DNA of 64,000 bases from Macrostomum lignano. Taxonomy: Eukaryota. The notes beneath the pieces were generated by a model, which worked only from the letters and a program-made list of their open reading frames with translations, had not been told where the DNA came from and made no database searches. Both the position numbers and the translations under genes were made by a program. Below are positions 22,591 through 36,817 of the stretch, one piece after another. The DNA lies in contig NIVC01000241.1 of NCBI GenBank assembly GCA_002269645.1, positions 1 to 64,000 of the forward strand, written 5' to 3'. Each line of letters opens with the position of its first letter. The first letter of the stretch is position 1.

Positions 22591-22915
22591 GGATCTGTAT
22601 AGCCCAGTGGTTTAGCGCAGCGCTCTGATGCGCCAGCGGCCCAGGCTCGATTCCAAGTGCAGTCACATTAATCTGGGGCTGAATTGGAATCTCGGCTTGG
22701 CTCTGCTCGTGCATGAATAAAGTCAGGGCCGCTGTGAGTGTGTGCCTGTGCGTGTGCCTGTGCGTGTGCCTGTGCGTGTGCCTGTGCGTATAGCGGCCCA
22801 GGCTCGATTCCAAGTGCAGTCACAATAATCTGGGGCTGAATTGGAATCTCGGCTTGGCTCTGCTCGTGCATGAATAAAGTCAGGGCCGCTGTGAGTGTGT
22901 GCCTGTGCGTGTGAC
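22591..22915 (+). mobile_element. tRNA-derived SINE-like element with an internally duplicated body
   Basis: A box TAGCCCAGTGG and B box GGCTCGATTCC. A block of about 125 bp is repeated at 22790-22915, and the tail is (GTGTGCCTGTGC)n. Confidence 0.55.
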
Positions 22916-23887
22916 TGCGTACGTATCCGCGCGCTTGTGTGCCTGCTCAGGGGAGTCTGCGGAATGGGCAGTAATGCCTCTCGCCGGTTGTGAGACAATG
23001 TCGCCTAAAGTGCTCCAGGTTGCGCACAGTCCCCCCGACTCTGATAACAGTAATAAAGTAATAACGGCGTGCTGCATCCTATTACCGCCTGTGGTCCCTG
23101 AATCGAATCCCGAAACTTTGATTCAATAATGCAACGCCACTGTCGCCCTTGAATGATGAGCAAGCTTATATTCTCATCGACTTGCTAAAGTGTTGCCCCC
23201 TATTAGAATATCGTTGCACCCAGCTATAAGCCATATATAAGCTGCTATTAACTTGGGGAAAACATGGTGGCTGTAAAGCCGAGAATCTGAGAGGCTTGGT
23301 CAGAGGGGACACAGTGGCCTGGCCTGGACTGAGAGGACCCTCATGGCCTGCATGATTTTGTTCTAGTTAGATCGATTGATTGGGTTAACTGGGCCAGAGA
23401 CGGGCTGTCCCGCGATGGGGGTGCACGGGTATCTCAAGGCGGTGGTGAGGATGAGATGATGCAGCTGAGACGCTTCGATAGAGAGAGAGAGACGCAGCAT
23501 CCCTGCTAGCTTGATGCTGTCCACCAACCTCCCCCCTCTTCGCGTCTCCTCCGAGTTCATTTCGGCTTGCCTGCAGGATTCCGGAAGAAAATTTATGAGG
23601 TCGCTCTGAGATCCTGGTTTTTTGGGTGGGGGTGAAGGATTTCTCAGCTGCATGTTCTGGCCCTCCTGTCTGTCTGGCCGATCGCTATGTCCTGCAATAT
23701 GCATCAGCGGCGGTCTGAATAGCCACCAAAACCCTAGTATAAAAATGCGCTTATAGTCTACTTGAAGTAATGTATTTCACGAGCTTGTGCCTGCATAGCG
23801 AGACAGAAAGTTTTATTGATACACGTATTGCTTCTGGTAAGCCAGTGATTTTGATGAGCTCAAGAATGCAATAACAGTGTTGAAAAC

Positions 23888-24497
<610 letters not shown>

Positions 24498-25613
24498 GGT
24501 CACGGCGTGTTTAAAAAAATCAAAAGACTTAATTAATTTAATATGGGCTACCGGTTTCGAGCCTCTGGGCTCTTCGTCAGGCCAAAAAATCTGTGTGTCA
24601 TGCAATTCAAGTTGGTCTTTTAAGTATTATTTTTCTTAGTCTGATAGAATTGATGAGTAGTTGTACATATGAAGGATGTACATTTAAAACCCTGTTTTAC
24701 CTAGCTCTAACTTGTCCCAGAGGCTTTCCACCATTCATTTTAAACGACAGTATATTTGTTATAAAAAATTGTTATTTCGAAGTACTATACGATATGCGAT
24801 ACTATACGATTAGATGAAATGCCGGTATTGGGGTAGGAGCATAAAAATCAATATTGAGCGTACAATTAAGCAGTTTGAATGAAATAAAATAAAATAAATG
24901 ACACGTGAATAAATATTGTACTTTAATAGGGTGAAAATAGCGCATTGGTTAAAATGATTAAATGTTTCCTGGCTGAGACTTGAACTTATTGGGAGCCAGG
25001 AGGCTCTGTAAGTTACGTTGCCGTGTAAAAGCGGGCAGTATGCGGGAGCCTGGTTTATTTTGTAGCTTATCAAAGTTTTTAGCAATCTCGTTGGCAAGCC
25101 AGACCGTAGATGGGTGAAAAGGAAGGACCATTGGGATGGGTCGGAGAAGATGATTGTCGACCCTGATGTTCGTACCTGGCGGTTTGTCAGTCCCTAGTTT
25201 TTTAATCCAGATTTCTTCCCTTAGTTCGATTTTGTTGTTATTAAGAACTTGTTCGATAGCAATGGAGACAAAGTTTGCAATTGAGTGATTGGGGGTGAGA
25301 AAGTGCTCTGACCCCGAAGTTACGACTCTCCTGTTAATATTTGACCTGTGCTGGTTCATTCTATCTCTCATTGTTCTTCTAGTCATCCCTACATAGAAGA
25401 TTTTCCCAGGGTGGCACTGGTTGCAGGAGATGCCATAGATGATGTTCTTGGAGCCACAGGACAGGCTCTGAGAGATTAAAAAACCAGAAGCCGGTTGCAG
25501 TCCCTGGGCGGAGAGAGCAGGCGGTGAGTGGGTGCAGCATTTGCAACGGGATGACCCACAGGGATGGAACCCTTTGGGAAGCAGACCCAGATTGGTCGTT
25601 GGTCCTGCAGTCC
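24498..25613 (-). mobile_element. Penelope-like element fragment or derivative (GIY-YIG ORF plus hammerhead), no RT, between two (AG)n arrays
   Basis: PLE-type GIY-YIG ORF with a PLE-type hammerhead about 375 nt downstream. Boundaries coincide with the microsatellite edges. Confidence 0.8.
24546..24583 (-). ncRNA. Minimal type I hammerhead ribozyme
   Basis: Minus strand reads GGC-CTGACGA-A-GAGC-CCAGAG-GCTC-GAAA-CCGG-TA-GCC. It has the conserved core, a 4-bp stem II, a palindromic ACCGGT stem III, a GUA cleavage triplet and a 3-bp stem I (GGC/GCC). Confidence 0.85.

Positions 25614-25614
<1 letters not shown>
24958..25614 (-). CDS. GIY-YIG endonuclease ORF (218 non-repetitive aa) of Penelope-like type
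   Basis: GFHPC..RCKCC Cys cluster, NIIYGISC..C...YVGMT, R..QH, REEIWIKKL..GTN; the catalytic Y/G/R/E/N positions are present. The track ORF to 26070 reads through a microsatellite, so the true start is unknown. Confidence 0.88.
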
Positions 25615-26021
<407 letters not shown>

Positions 26022-26831
26022 TGCTGCTGGAATCCTTCTTTGTGCTGATGTCTATGGCCAAACTAGACATGTATCAACTAGATGTCAACTAGAGCTTGCC
26101 CTTTTCCGTTTACTCGTATGCCCTATGTCATGTAATGTATGCTCCCTATGTCTATGGCCGAAACCTACTCTACACTGCTGCCAAATGGGAATCCTCCACT
26201 TGCTTGGCTGAAACTATCAACTTAGCTGACTGTACAATTGTACTCAAGTCTCCTTTTCCGGCCAGAATCTGGGCGCGCAGTTCTCTTCTGGCATGAAATC
26301 TGAGGCTCGGAGGTGAGTGACTGCATGCGTTACTATTGCGCTTTAAATCATACTGCATTGTGACACTTCTACAGGCCCGAGTTTTCCTAACAAGCAGACC
26401 AATGAAAAAAACGGAAACTTCATATCAGAAATCCGATATTCACAAATATTCACTGAATATTTCTTCTGTTAATGCATCGTAAAGTGCAAGATTCTGCAGT
26501 GGAAAGCACGGATAAATGGTGTTTCAGATATTTATTTGCATTGTTCGCATAGACGGTTAGACAGTTGCTTGCAAAGCTCTCTTAATCAATGTGTCTAGTG
26601 CTGGGCTGTTTGGATGGCAAGCTTTTAAACTTCCTAAAATAGGAAAGGAAAATAGAAGCAGACTTGAGCTGATAGCAAAGGTGAGGCGAGGTAAACAGCT
26701 AAAACTCAGCACCAGATATTGAGACAACCGAACGAAGCTTGGGTTAATGGGCTTTTAACTTTTACTTTTGTCGATCCTGTGACAGCGAATACCTAAACCG
26801 TTATGATTTTGGACTTTTCGAAACCAATGTT

Positions 26832-27410
26832 GACTACAGCCGTTACAGCTGAGGCAGTGGACACTCAATGAGTTACAGCTGAGACAGTGGACACTCAATG
26901 AGTTACAGCTGAGACAGTGGACACTCAATGAGTTACAGCTGAGGCAGTGGACACTCAATGAGTTACAGCTGAGACAGTGGACACTCAATGAGTTGCAGCT
27001 GAGGCAGTGGACACTCAATGAGTTGCAGCTGAGGCAGTGGACACTCAATGAGTTGCAGCTGAGGCAGTGGACACTCAATGAGTTGCAGCTGAGGCAGTGG
27101 ACACTCAATGAGTTGTAGCTGAGACAGTGGACACTCAATGAGTTGCAGCTGAGACAGTGGACACTCAATGAGTTGCAGCTGAGGCAGTGGACACTCAATG
27201 AGTTACAGCTGAGACAGTGGACACTCAATGAGTTACAGCTGAGACAGTGGACACTCAATGAGTTACAGCTGAGACAGTGGACACTCAATGAGTTACAGCT
27301 GAGACAGTGGACACTCAATGAGTTACAGCTGAGACAGTGGACACTCAATGAGTTACAGCTGAGACAGTGGACACTCAATGAGTTACAGCTGAGACAGTGG
27401 ACACTCAATG
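26832..27410. repeat. 30-bp minisatellite (GTTACAGCTGAGACAGTGGACACTCAATGA)
   Basis: About 19 tandem copies. Confidence 0.95.
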
Positions 27411-28927
27411 CTTTAGTGCTTTGTCATCAACCGGGGGTCACAAATATTGTCTCGAGATTCGTGAGTGCAGCCCGGGAGCACTGCTGGCGGCTGAAGAGAA
27501 AAGTGCCTCAATCAATTAAACTCCTGAGACCGGACGGAATCCGCGGCCGCTTGCCAGTAGATGCAAGCGGAAAAGGCAAGCAGTTCAATAGGGAACAATG
27601 GGCCTTTTCCTAGCCTTCCGTAGTTTCGCTCCAGCAGCAGGCAGAACAATGAAGATGGAGTAGCCTTCGAAAGCTTGGCAATTCAAGCCAACTGCCATCC
27701 ACAGAAAGCTCTTCACACACAGCTTTAACTGATTAGCTTAGCAAAATTGTTAAAGTGCGAAAGCAAAAGAGCTAATAAATAGGTAGTTACGTGGCTATGC
27801 AGGCCTTTAATCAATCAAACTCCCAGTAGACGGAGTGAACATGTCATGCCAGACAACTCGCAAAGCCTTCTGAACAAACAAGTCAACGCTGGATAGATAG
27901 ACATAAAAATTCCTTGAATATTTTGCAATATCTTCACAAGCCAAAATTCACGGTTAATCTAAATACGGTGAAAAGCTCAACCGGTAATTACTTTCATCCC
28001 TCTGATTTCATCACGGATGTGACGTCACTCACAATCAGGGGATTTCTGACGCGATGTTTTAGCTGTAATCGCGAGTGTTGGGGTCCTGATAATATCGTAG
28101 CTTCTTCGAATAGTGGCCATTGTGAAGTTGAGCTCTGGCAGTCGTATAAGGGTCAGTTACCGTTAGTCTACGACCTTGAATATTCGTTGATAATTAGAAT
28201 TTTATAAACTATAGGAAACAAATGTTTACGGAATAAAATGACACGCACTGCTGCTTGCATGAATGCTCTGATTGATACCTCATTAGAAGCTATTCGTAAG
28301 AAGACTTAAAGGAAGTCAACAAAAGATTTAGCCGCCGCATAAAGCAGGAAACGATTCAAATTTCTCGACTCGCCATGGCAAAATCGCCAGTCGGGAGGAG
28401 GCTTTGTGGCGCCTGAGGAAAGCGGAAGCAAGCAAAAGCTAGGGACGCAGCCCTACCAGAGCGGAAACGGAAGGACCAGCCATTCAGCATTTGAGCTCGG
28501 GCGCTGCTCACTGCAGCTACCGGCCTATTGGACCTGCCGCGGAGCACCCCCGCCAGATTGCAGCTCAAATCTTGGCAGTAAAATAAGCACGAGCTCGTAG
28601 CCAGAGTATTTGAGACGCAATTTTTCCGGATCCTGTCAGAACATTAGCTTGAAATCAACGATGCTGCCGTCTCGGTCCGACCAGCCGCTTGTGGTTGCGG
28701 CTGCCAGCTCAAATCACGTGAGTCTGTCCGCCCCCGGCCTTTGTTCCATTGTTGCACTAACAGACCTGTCAGTCTGGAAAGGGAAACGGGCATCACGAAT
28801 TCTTCCACGTAGAATTTTTGAGGTCCTGTTTGCCTGGCCATGGCGAACTGAAAACAGGCCAAGAATTGAGATATTGTGCTTCCTGCTGGCTTTGAAGTAG
28901 TCACGAACTGCTGGCAGTGCTGCAGTG

Positions 28928-29272
<345 letters not shown>

Positions 29273-29525
29273 ATGTTTTATAAGTGTAATTATTGAAAAA
29301 GTTTTTCTATAAATCCATTTCATCCCTCTATATGCTACTAAATCGCCTCAAAAAGTAGTATGGTGTAATCATGGTGGTCTAAGTTTACTTTAAAAGTTAA
29401 AGCACTGACGCCCAAGGCAAACTCTCAATCAATGCTTTTGAAAGCCAATTCAAACGGAGTCGAATTTCGGCTCGGGATACACAAGACTCCAGCTTTTTTG
29501 ACAAGACTCCAGATTGTGTTTCACC

Positions 29526-29746
29526 ATGCGGTCCCAGCTTTATACACACACGCGCACAGACCAGAACCCGCTCCGACATCTCAAGCAGGACCTTCTGGCG
29601 CCACCCGAAACGCCCCAGCAGCACGAGAGGCGGCACTCTGACCACGTCCTCTACCGCAGCGGGCCGGCGGGAGGGCAGCCGGTCAGGTGCAACCAGGCGC
29701 CCAGCATGCCCAGGATAAGGATCACGTACAGCCGTAGCAGAGAGCG
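29526..29746 (+). CDS. PDE4: PDE4 candidate alternative first exon A (MRSQLYTH...RRHSD...SRER)
   Basis: ACCATG start and donor CG|GTGAGC. Phase 2, compatible with the acceptor at 51182. Confidence 0.6.
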
Positions 29747-29769
29747 GTGAGCTGCAGCTGGGGACCACT

Positions 29770-30310
29770 TGGGGAACTGAGGGGACTGGGGAACTGAGGG
29801 AGTGGGGAACTGAGGGGAGTAGGGAACTGAGGCGAGTGGGGAACTGAGGGGAGTGGGGAACTGAGGGAGTGGGGAATTGAGGGAGTGGGGAACTGAGGGA
29901 GTGGGGAACTGAGTGGAGTGGGGAACTGAGGGGAGTAGGGAACTGAGGGAAGGGGGGAACTGAGGGAAGGGGGGAACTGAGGGAAGTGGGGAACTGAGGG
30001 AAGGGGGAACTGAGGGAAGGGGGGAACTGAGGGAGTGGGGAACTGAGGGAGTGGGGAACTGAGGGAGTGGGGAACTGAGGGAGTGGGGAACTGAGGAGAG
30101 GGCGGAACTGAGGGAGTGGGGAACTGAGGGAAGTGGGGAACTGAGGGAAGGGGGAACTGAGGGAAGGGGGGAACTGAGGGAGTGGGGAACTGAGGCGAGT
30201 GGGGAACTGAGGGAGTGGGGAACTGAGGGAGTGGGGAACTGAGGAGAGGGCGGAACTGAGGGAGTGGGGAACTGAGGAGAGGGCGGAACTGAGGGAGTGG
30301 GGAACTGAGG
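29770..30310. repeat. About 16-bp G-rich minisatellite (GGGGAACTGAGGGAGT)
   Basis: More than 30 copies, with G-runs on the plus strand. Confidence 0.92.
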
Positions 30311-31479
30311 ATTTTTTAAGGGAACTGGGAGCTGAAGAACTGAGAGAGACCGTGTAAAGAAATGCAGACAAATTTTGGCAAAATTTCCGGACCCAAAGCC
30401 ACCCCGCCGATCTGAATTATTGATGTGGGCAGTTCTATGTAGCATAAATAAGCGGTTCTGTAGCTGGCGATAAGATCGGCCAGAGATTGCTGTGTTTGTC
30501 CCAGCCGATTCATAATTCACTAGCATCACCAGGTGCAAAAATTAACACTTAGTTGCAGAGAACAGGTACAATCGGAGCAGTTGCTTCCATTGCTTTTTTC
30601 TTGCCAAATTTCTATCATTTCTTCCTCTCAAATGGCAAGTTTTGATGCTTTTTCCTTTCCTGACTCCAGTACTGCCTTCAGTACACCGTCTCCAGTACTG
30701 CCTTCAGTGCATGTACACGAAGTCCAGTACTGTCAGAACTTTAATCCCTAATCTTAAGCCTCCCACGCATACAGTATCAACGTACTCGTAATTATCAGAA
30801 ACCATTCGAGAAAATAGTTTTTGTTTTTCCTTAGTTACTTCGTAAACAAACTGTAACTCTGCGTCAAAAGAAACTGTGCTTTTTAAACTGTTCTACTCAA
30901 CCGTCAACTCAGATTAGTCATCAAGAAAAGTAAAAGTGCAGCAGAGCCGGAGAATAGTCGAACCGGCTGAGTCTAGCGAGAGTTGGCCGCTGGCTCGCTG
31001 CTGGCTACAACGAAATTTTATGCTGCTGATAAGGCGCAGCGCAGCGGGGGGCCGCTTCATGCGTCACGGGAGGAAGACTATAGCGGGGTTGGACTCCTCA
31101 TTTTCCTTGCCGAGTTCCCCCCGGCCCCCTTCGCGGTGCTCAGTGCTCGCGGCCTACTCTCCAAGCAAAACTGGGGCAGAGCAGGGCTCGGATTCATCGA
31201 GTGTCCGGACCGCCTTCCTCTGCTCCCTTTTATTCCTGTTCCTCTTTAGTTTCTCTCCTTTGAGAGCGCCCTGCTGATACGGCGGGTGGAGCTGGGTGGA
31301 TGGGCGGGCCTCCTTGTACAGAAGCCAAATTCTAGCTAAGGCCGACCTGAAATCCAGGAAGCGAGTGATTTCCTTTCCGAACAATCATTGGCTGCCAGCT
31401 TATTAATAAATGTCTGAAAAAAACCATAAAGAAACTTAGGAACGGCTAAAGAACAAACCAAAGATTCCGAATTGCAAAA

Positions 31480-31838
31480 ATGCCAGTCGATCACAAGCTG
31501 GAGCAGCAGCACTTGTGGAGCAGGCAGGATGATGAAGCGGCAGATGCTGACAAGCCGCAGTCTCACCGAACTTCGCTTCCGCCGCTGCCGGTGCCTCCCA
31601 TTGTGCTGGACAGCGAGGCAGCCAGTGACAGCTGTGGCCTGTGCGAAAAGTGCGCCCTGTGCGGCGGCGGCGGTGGCGGCGGCTACGCCAGTCGGCACTT
31701 TTCCCACGGCGACGCCGAGGTGTGGCGCAGGCGGCGGCGCAACCTGCTGCGCATCTCCAAGTCGGACTGCTCATCGGCGGCGCCGGCCGGCAGAAGCAGC
31801 CATCGACGGCCTTGCCCGGCCAAGAGCTTCAGCTCAGC
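31480..31838 (+). CDS. PDE4: PDE4 candidate alternative first exon B (MPVDHKLE...KSFSSA)
   Basis: The open frame ends at donor GC|GTGAGT, phase 2. Confidence 0.6.
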
Positions 31839-33044
31839 GTGAGTCCGCTTGGCCCAGGCCGCCCGTCCGGTGTCCAGCTGCACTTCAGAATAGAATTTTC
31901 CGCACCGTACTACTAAAAGTAGCATTCTGGGTAGCGAACATGTTTGGAATTAAATTATAAATGGAGTATTTCTCCGCTTTCTTCTACAAGCTCAATTGCT
32001 TTTTCTTTATTCGTCTCAGTTACACCGCAAACTGGCTACCTTAGACTGCTCAGAGAGACGGTACTGGCAGAAATTGAAATCCCAGCTCAGTTAACCCCAA
32101 AAATCGATCGCACCTGCTTCCTAGAAAGCGAGCAGCATCCCTAATTGCCTCTAAAGCAGCGCCATTCTTCTATTTCTGTTTTTTTCTTAATTTTCTGAGA
32201 AACCAGGAGAAAAACAGGTGCTTAGAGAACTTCCAGATCTTTGTGAAGCTAAGAGTTCAAATGGGAAATATTAGCCTGAAGGGTATTAGCAGAAGAGTAC
32301 AGCTAAACTACTCACTCCAGCTACAAGCTTAGCAGTGCCAATAGAAAAAGGAAAGGAATGAAAAAGTTACTTTGGGAGTGCAAAAAGAGAGGCAGAGAGC
32401 AATTTACTTTCAGAAAAGTTCGTTTCCAAGAAAACATTCGAGATGAGCCGAGGATTCCAAGAAACAGGGGATCGGAAACTACAATTCTCAGGTGTTTTAA
32501 GCTCGGGAAGTACTTCTCACTTTTCCTAATGAGTTATTTTGGCAAGCAGCTAAACATGATTATTGAGCTCGCTCTGGTCAAACTAGGATCTGGACAAAAA
32601 GTGCAGCCGGACAAAGTGAGCAGTTTGAGCAGGTTGCCTCCAGACTGACTCTCGCCTCCATCTGGTCCGGGGAAGGACAACTTAACAAATCCCATTTATG
32701 CTCACTCCTAGCGCCTCCCGCATGCAGTCTCATTAGCCCCGCCTGCCTCATCCAATTTCAATCTCTTCCTCCATCAAGCCGCTGCCTGCCCGGCCCGGCA
32801 CTGAAGCCGCGGTCAGTGGAATTCAATCTCCAATCGATCGGCTCCACCGGAGACCCGCTGCTCCGAATGCGCCTGGTTTTTTAGCTGTTAATTCTCAAGC
32901 TAGTGAGTAGCTCGGGCAATTAGACTATTAGGGACTGTGGGGTGCAGAGTTAATTTGACAAAGAGGTCAGGTGATTTGAAGCCTCTGTCTCACAATAGAC
33001 CATGAAGATATAAACTGTAGAAATATGCCAAGCTTTGACCTGCC

Positions 33045-33088
33045 TCAGCCACGTACTAACCGCGGCCAAGGCTGCTTAACTTTCAGAT
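33045..33088 (-). pseudogene. Degenerate 5S rRNA internal-control-region fragment (possible SINE3-type head)
   Basis: Minus-strand ATCTGAAAGTTAAGCAG...GGTTAGTACGTGGCTGAG aligns by eye to 5S ATCTCGGAAGCTAAGCAG...GGTTAGTACTTGGATGGG. Confidence 0.45.
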
Positions 33089-33224
33089 ACTGACAGCGAA
33101 GGCGCTGACCCAATTAGAGATGTCGAATTTCAGACAAGGGCATGACAGAACGACTTTCCACATTGCGGGAGAGCTGCTCACGAAACTGATCCCCTCTTAG
33201 GTTGAATGCAGCTTTAGTCGGTTA

Positions 33225-33820
33225 GTTCCTCATTTCATTCCAGATCCTCATTTCATTCCAGATCCTCATTTCATTCCAGATCCTCATTTCATTCCAGATC
33301 CTCATTTCATTCCAGATCCTCATTTCATTCCAGATCCTCATTTCATTCCAGATCCTCATTTCATTCCAGATCCTCATTTCATTCCAGATCCCCATTTCAT
33401 TCCAGATCCTCATTTCATTCCAGATCCTCATTTCATTCCAGATCCTCATTTCATTCCAGATCCTCATTTCATTCCAGATCCTCATTTCATTCCAGATCCT
33501 CATTTCATTCCAGATCCTCATTTCATTCCAGATCCTCATTTCATTCCAGATCCCCATTTCATTCCAGATCCTCATTTCATTCCAGATCCTCATTTCATTC
33601 CAGATCCTCATTTCATTCCAGATCCTCATTTCATTCCAGATCCTCATTTCATTCCAGATCCTCATTTCATTCCAGATCCTCATTTCATTCCAGATCCTCA
33701 TTTCATTCCAGATCCTCATTTCATTCCAGATCCTCATTTCATTCCAGATCCTCATTTCATTCCAGATCCCCATTTCATTCCAGATCCTCATTTCATTCCA
33801 GATCCTCATTTCATTCCAGA
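33225..33820. repeat. 18-bp minisatellite (CTCATTTCATTCCAGATC)
   Basis: About 33 near-perfect copies. Confidence 0.95.
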
Positions 33821-34679
33821 TTTCAGATGGGTCCTCATTCCAGATGGGTCCTCATTCCAGATAGTTCTTCATTCTGCAGATTCTCATTCTGCAGTGACCT
33901 CTGCAGAAAAACCAAGGTGACAGCATGCAGGCATTTCTGAGCCCTTGATACAACAGTCCTCTGGCGAATTTTAGTGCTGGAGCTCTAAATAAATGTAGCC
34001 GCTCACGGAATCGGACTCGAGTACTTGAGCACGAGTGTTGAGCACGCTGAGCACAAACTGCAGCACACACACCGAAGTTCGCTATGGGGTTTGTTTAACT
34101 CTTAATTGTTAGACTATTCTTCCTCTCTCTGGTTTAATATCATTTCGGGGAAAATTACAGAGTTACCGCGCAGAAGGTAGGGAGGCAGGCCGACACCTGA
34201 TCACGCACAGCAAACACAGGTGGCGACTCCGTTTGCTTCAAATCTGCGAGTTCCGGAGTAGGCTAGTACAGTGGGGAATCCGCCTACTGCTCACAGGGAT
34301 TGCCGGTGCGCCAGGGGAATCGAGCTGCGTCAGTTTCCATATTTTCTGTGCTCCCAGTAGGTCTCCGCAACTTTCCTGCTCGAGCTTCACGGAAAGACCA
34401 GCTGCAGTGATAATTGATGAGGCACCACCTTGGGGATTCCTTTCCTCGCCTCCGGAACCAGGGAGTCTCTCCTGCTGCTCATATATTTCCCTTACATTGC
34501 ACCTCTGAGAGACTGAGTGAGAGCGCTGGATGGAGAGATGAAGGGCCGGCAGAATTGCCAGACCCTCGATCTGCCTGCTTTTACTCACTGAATAAGTACT
34601 TGTCGTTGTGCACTTTTATTTGGCTTAATCGTCCGCCTTGCTCAACTTCTAGCGTCATGCTCCTTGAGTCCTCATTCTA

Positions 34680-35942
34680 GTTGGGTCCTCATTACAGATG
34701 GATCCTCATTCCACATGGGTCCTCATTCCAGATGGGTCCTCATTCCAGATGGGTCCTCATTCCAGATGGGTCCTCATTCCAGATAGGTCCTCATTCCAGA
34801 TGGGTCCTCATACCAGACGGGTCCTCATTCCAGATGAGTCCTCATTCCAGATGGGTCCTCATTCCATATGGGTCCTCATTCCAGACGGGTCCTCATTCCA
34901 GATGGGTCCTCATTCCAGATGGGTCCTCATTCCAGATGGGTCCTTATTCCAGATGGGTCCTCATTCCAGACGGGTCCTCATTCCAGATGGGTCCTCATTC
35001 CAGATGGGTCCTCATTCCAGATGAGTCCTCATTCCAGATGGGTCCTCATTCCAGATGGGTCCTCATTACAGATGGGTCCTCATTCCAGATGGGTCCTCAT
35101 TCCAGATGGGTCCTCATTCCAGATGGGTCCTCATTCCAGATGGGTCCTCATTCCAGATGGGTCCTCATTCCAGATAGGTCCTCATTCCAGATGGGTCCTC
35201 ATACCAGACGGGTCCTCATTCCAGATGGGTCCTCATTCCAGATGGGTCCTCATTCCATATGGGTCCTCATTCCAGACGGGTCCTCATTCCAGATGGGTCC
35301 TCATTCCAGATGGGTCCTCATTCCAGATGGGTCCTCATTCCAGATGGGTCCTCATTCCAGACGGGTCCTCATTCCAGATGGGTCCTCATTCCAGATGGGT
35401 CCTCATTCCAGATGAGTCCTCATTCCAGATGGGTCCTCATTCCAGATGGGTCCTCATTCCAGATGGGTCCTCATTCCAGATGGGTCCTCATTCCAGATGG
35501 GTCCTCATTCTAGATGGGTCCTCATTCCAGATGGGTCCTCATTCTAGATGGGTCCTCATTCCAGATGGGTCCTCATTCCAGATGGGTCCTCATTCTAGAT
35601 GGGTCCTCATTCCAGATAGGTCCTCATTCCAGATGGGTCCTCATTCCAGATGGGTCCTCATTCCAGATGGGTCCTCATTCCAGATGGGTCCTCATTCTAG
35701 ATGGGTCCTCATTCTAGATGGATCCTCATTCTAGATGGGTCCTCATTCCAGATGGGTCCTCATTCTAGATGGGTCCTCATTCCAGATGGGTCCTCATTCT
35801 AGATGGATCCTCATTCTAGATGGATCCTCATTCCAGATGGGTCCTCATTCCAGATGGGTCCTCATTCCAGATGGGTCCTCATTCCAGATGGGTCCTCATT
35901 CTAGATGGGTCCTCATTCTAGATGGATCCTCATTCTAGATGG
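34680..35942. repeat. 17-bp minisatellite (CATTCCAGATGGGTCCT)
   Basis: About 74 copies. Confidence 0.95.
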
Positions 35943-36817
35943 GTTTATACTAATTTAAACCCCAGATTTCTAAGCAAAACTTCAAAACTTCTTCCAAGAT
36001 TTGATTAAACTCGCCCCAGAATGACCATTAAGGGAGCTCCACATTGCATAAATTTAATAGTTTCATTTTACAACCCCAGGACCAAAGCTCGGCCCTCTGT
36101 TCCACAGTCGTGAATTTTTATTTCCTTCTGCATCCCCTAGAAGAAGCTCGCTGCCCCATCGCCAGTTTTTCCACGCATGCTTGAATTCGCGCGTGTTCGG
36201 CCATCGATAGCGCAGCTATTGCAGAATTTGTGCTGCTATGATGGGGAGCAGGAGGATGGGAATTTTTTCCACCGCCTTCTTCTTCTTCCCGTTTTTGCCG
36301 GAATCCCCTAAGCGCCGGTGCGGCACCGGCTTTCAGAAGCGGGTGAGTTGGGGGGGGCAGAGTCGAAAGGCGGCTCCCAGCCCATGCTGTGAGCTCAGTC
36401 AGGCAAAACAAAACACAAAAATCGGCAGCGGCCTCGCGGTCGCAGGATATCTTTCCCGCCCCGGCTCTCTCCTCTCTTCCCTGCCCCCGCTGCTCTTGGC
36501 TGGCCACTCATTCGCCCGTCCAGTGCTCAGCCAGGCTGCCCGCACGCTCCAATGCCGTTAAGCACTTGTGCAGCGGGCCAAAGAGTGACGAAGGCTTGAA
36601 AATGGGGCAAGCGGCTGAGTTTAAAAAAAAACTAACTTTCAGCCACCCTTATGCCAGACTCTTTCGCCGGAGGATGGGTTCCGTCGAGGCTTAAGTCTAT
36701 AATCTCCGCTCCCGGGTCGCCGCCAGTCAACTCCAGTTGTTTTCTCTTTCCTGTTTTGCCCGGCCCCAAACCAGCTGGTTGATCTTTATTGAGAGAGAAA
36801 GTCGCCGCAACGCAACC

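Noticed and set aside
27480-27720. Minus-strand peptide faintly like a hAT dimerisation domain (ATPSSLFC...ERNYG)
   Set aside because: The similarity is too weak and is interrupted by stops. It needs a profile search.
28356-28904. Short minus-strand ORFs with protein-like composition
   Set aside because: No recognisable domain and no consistent splice model.
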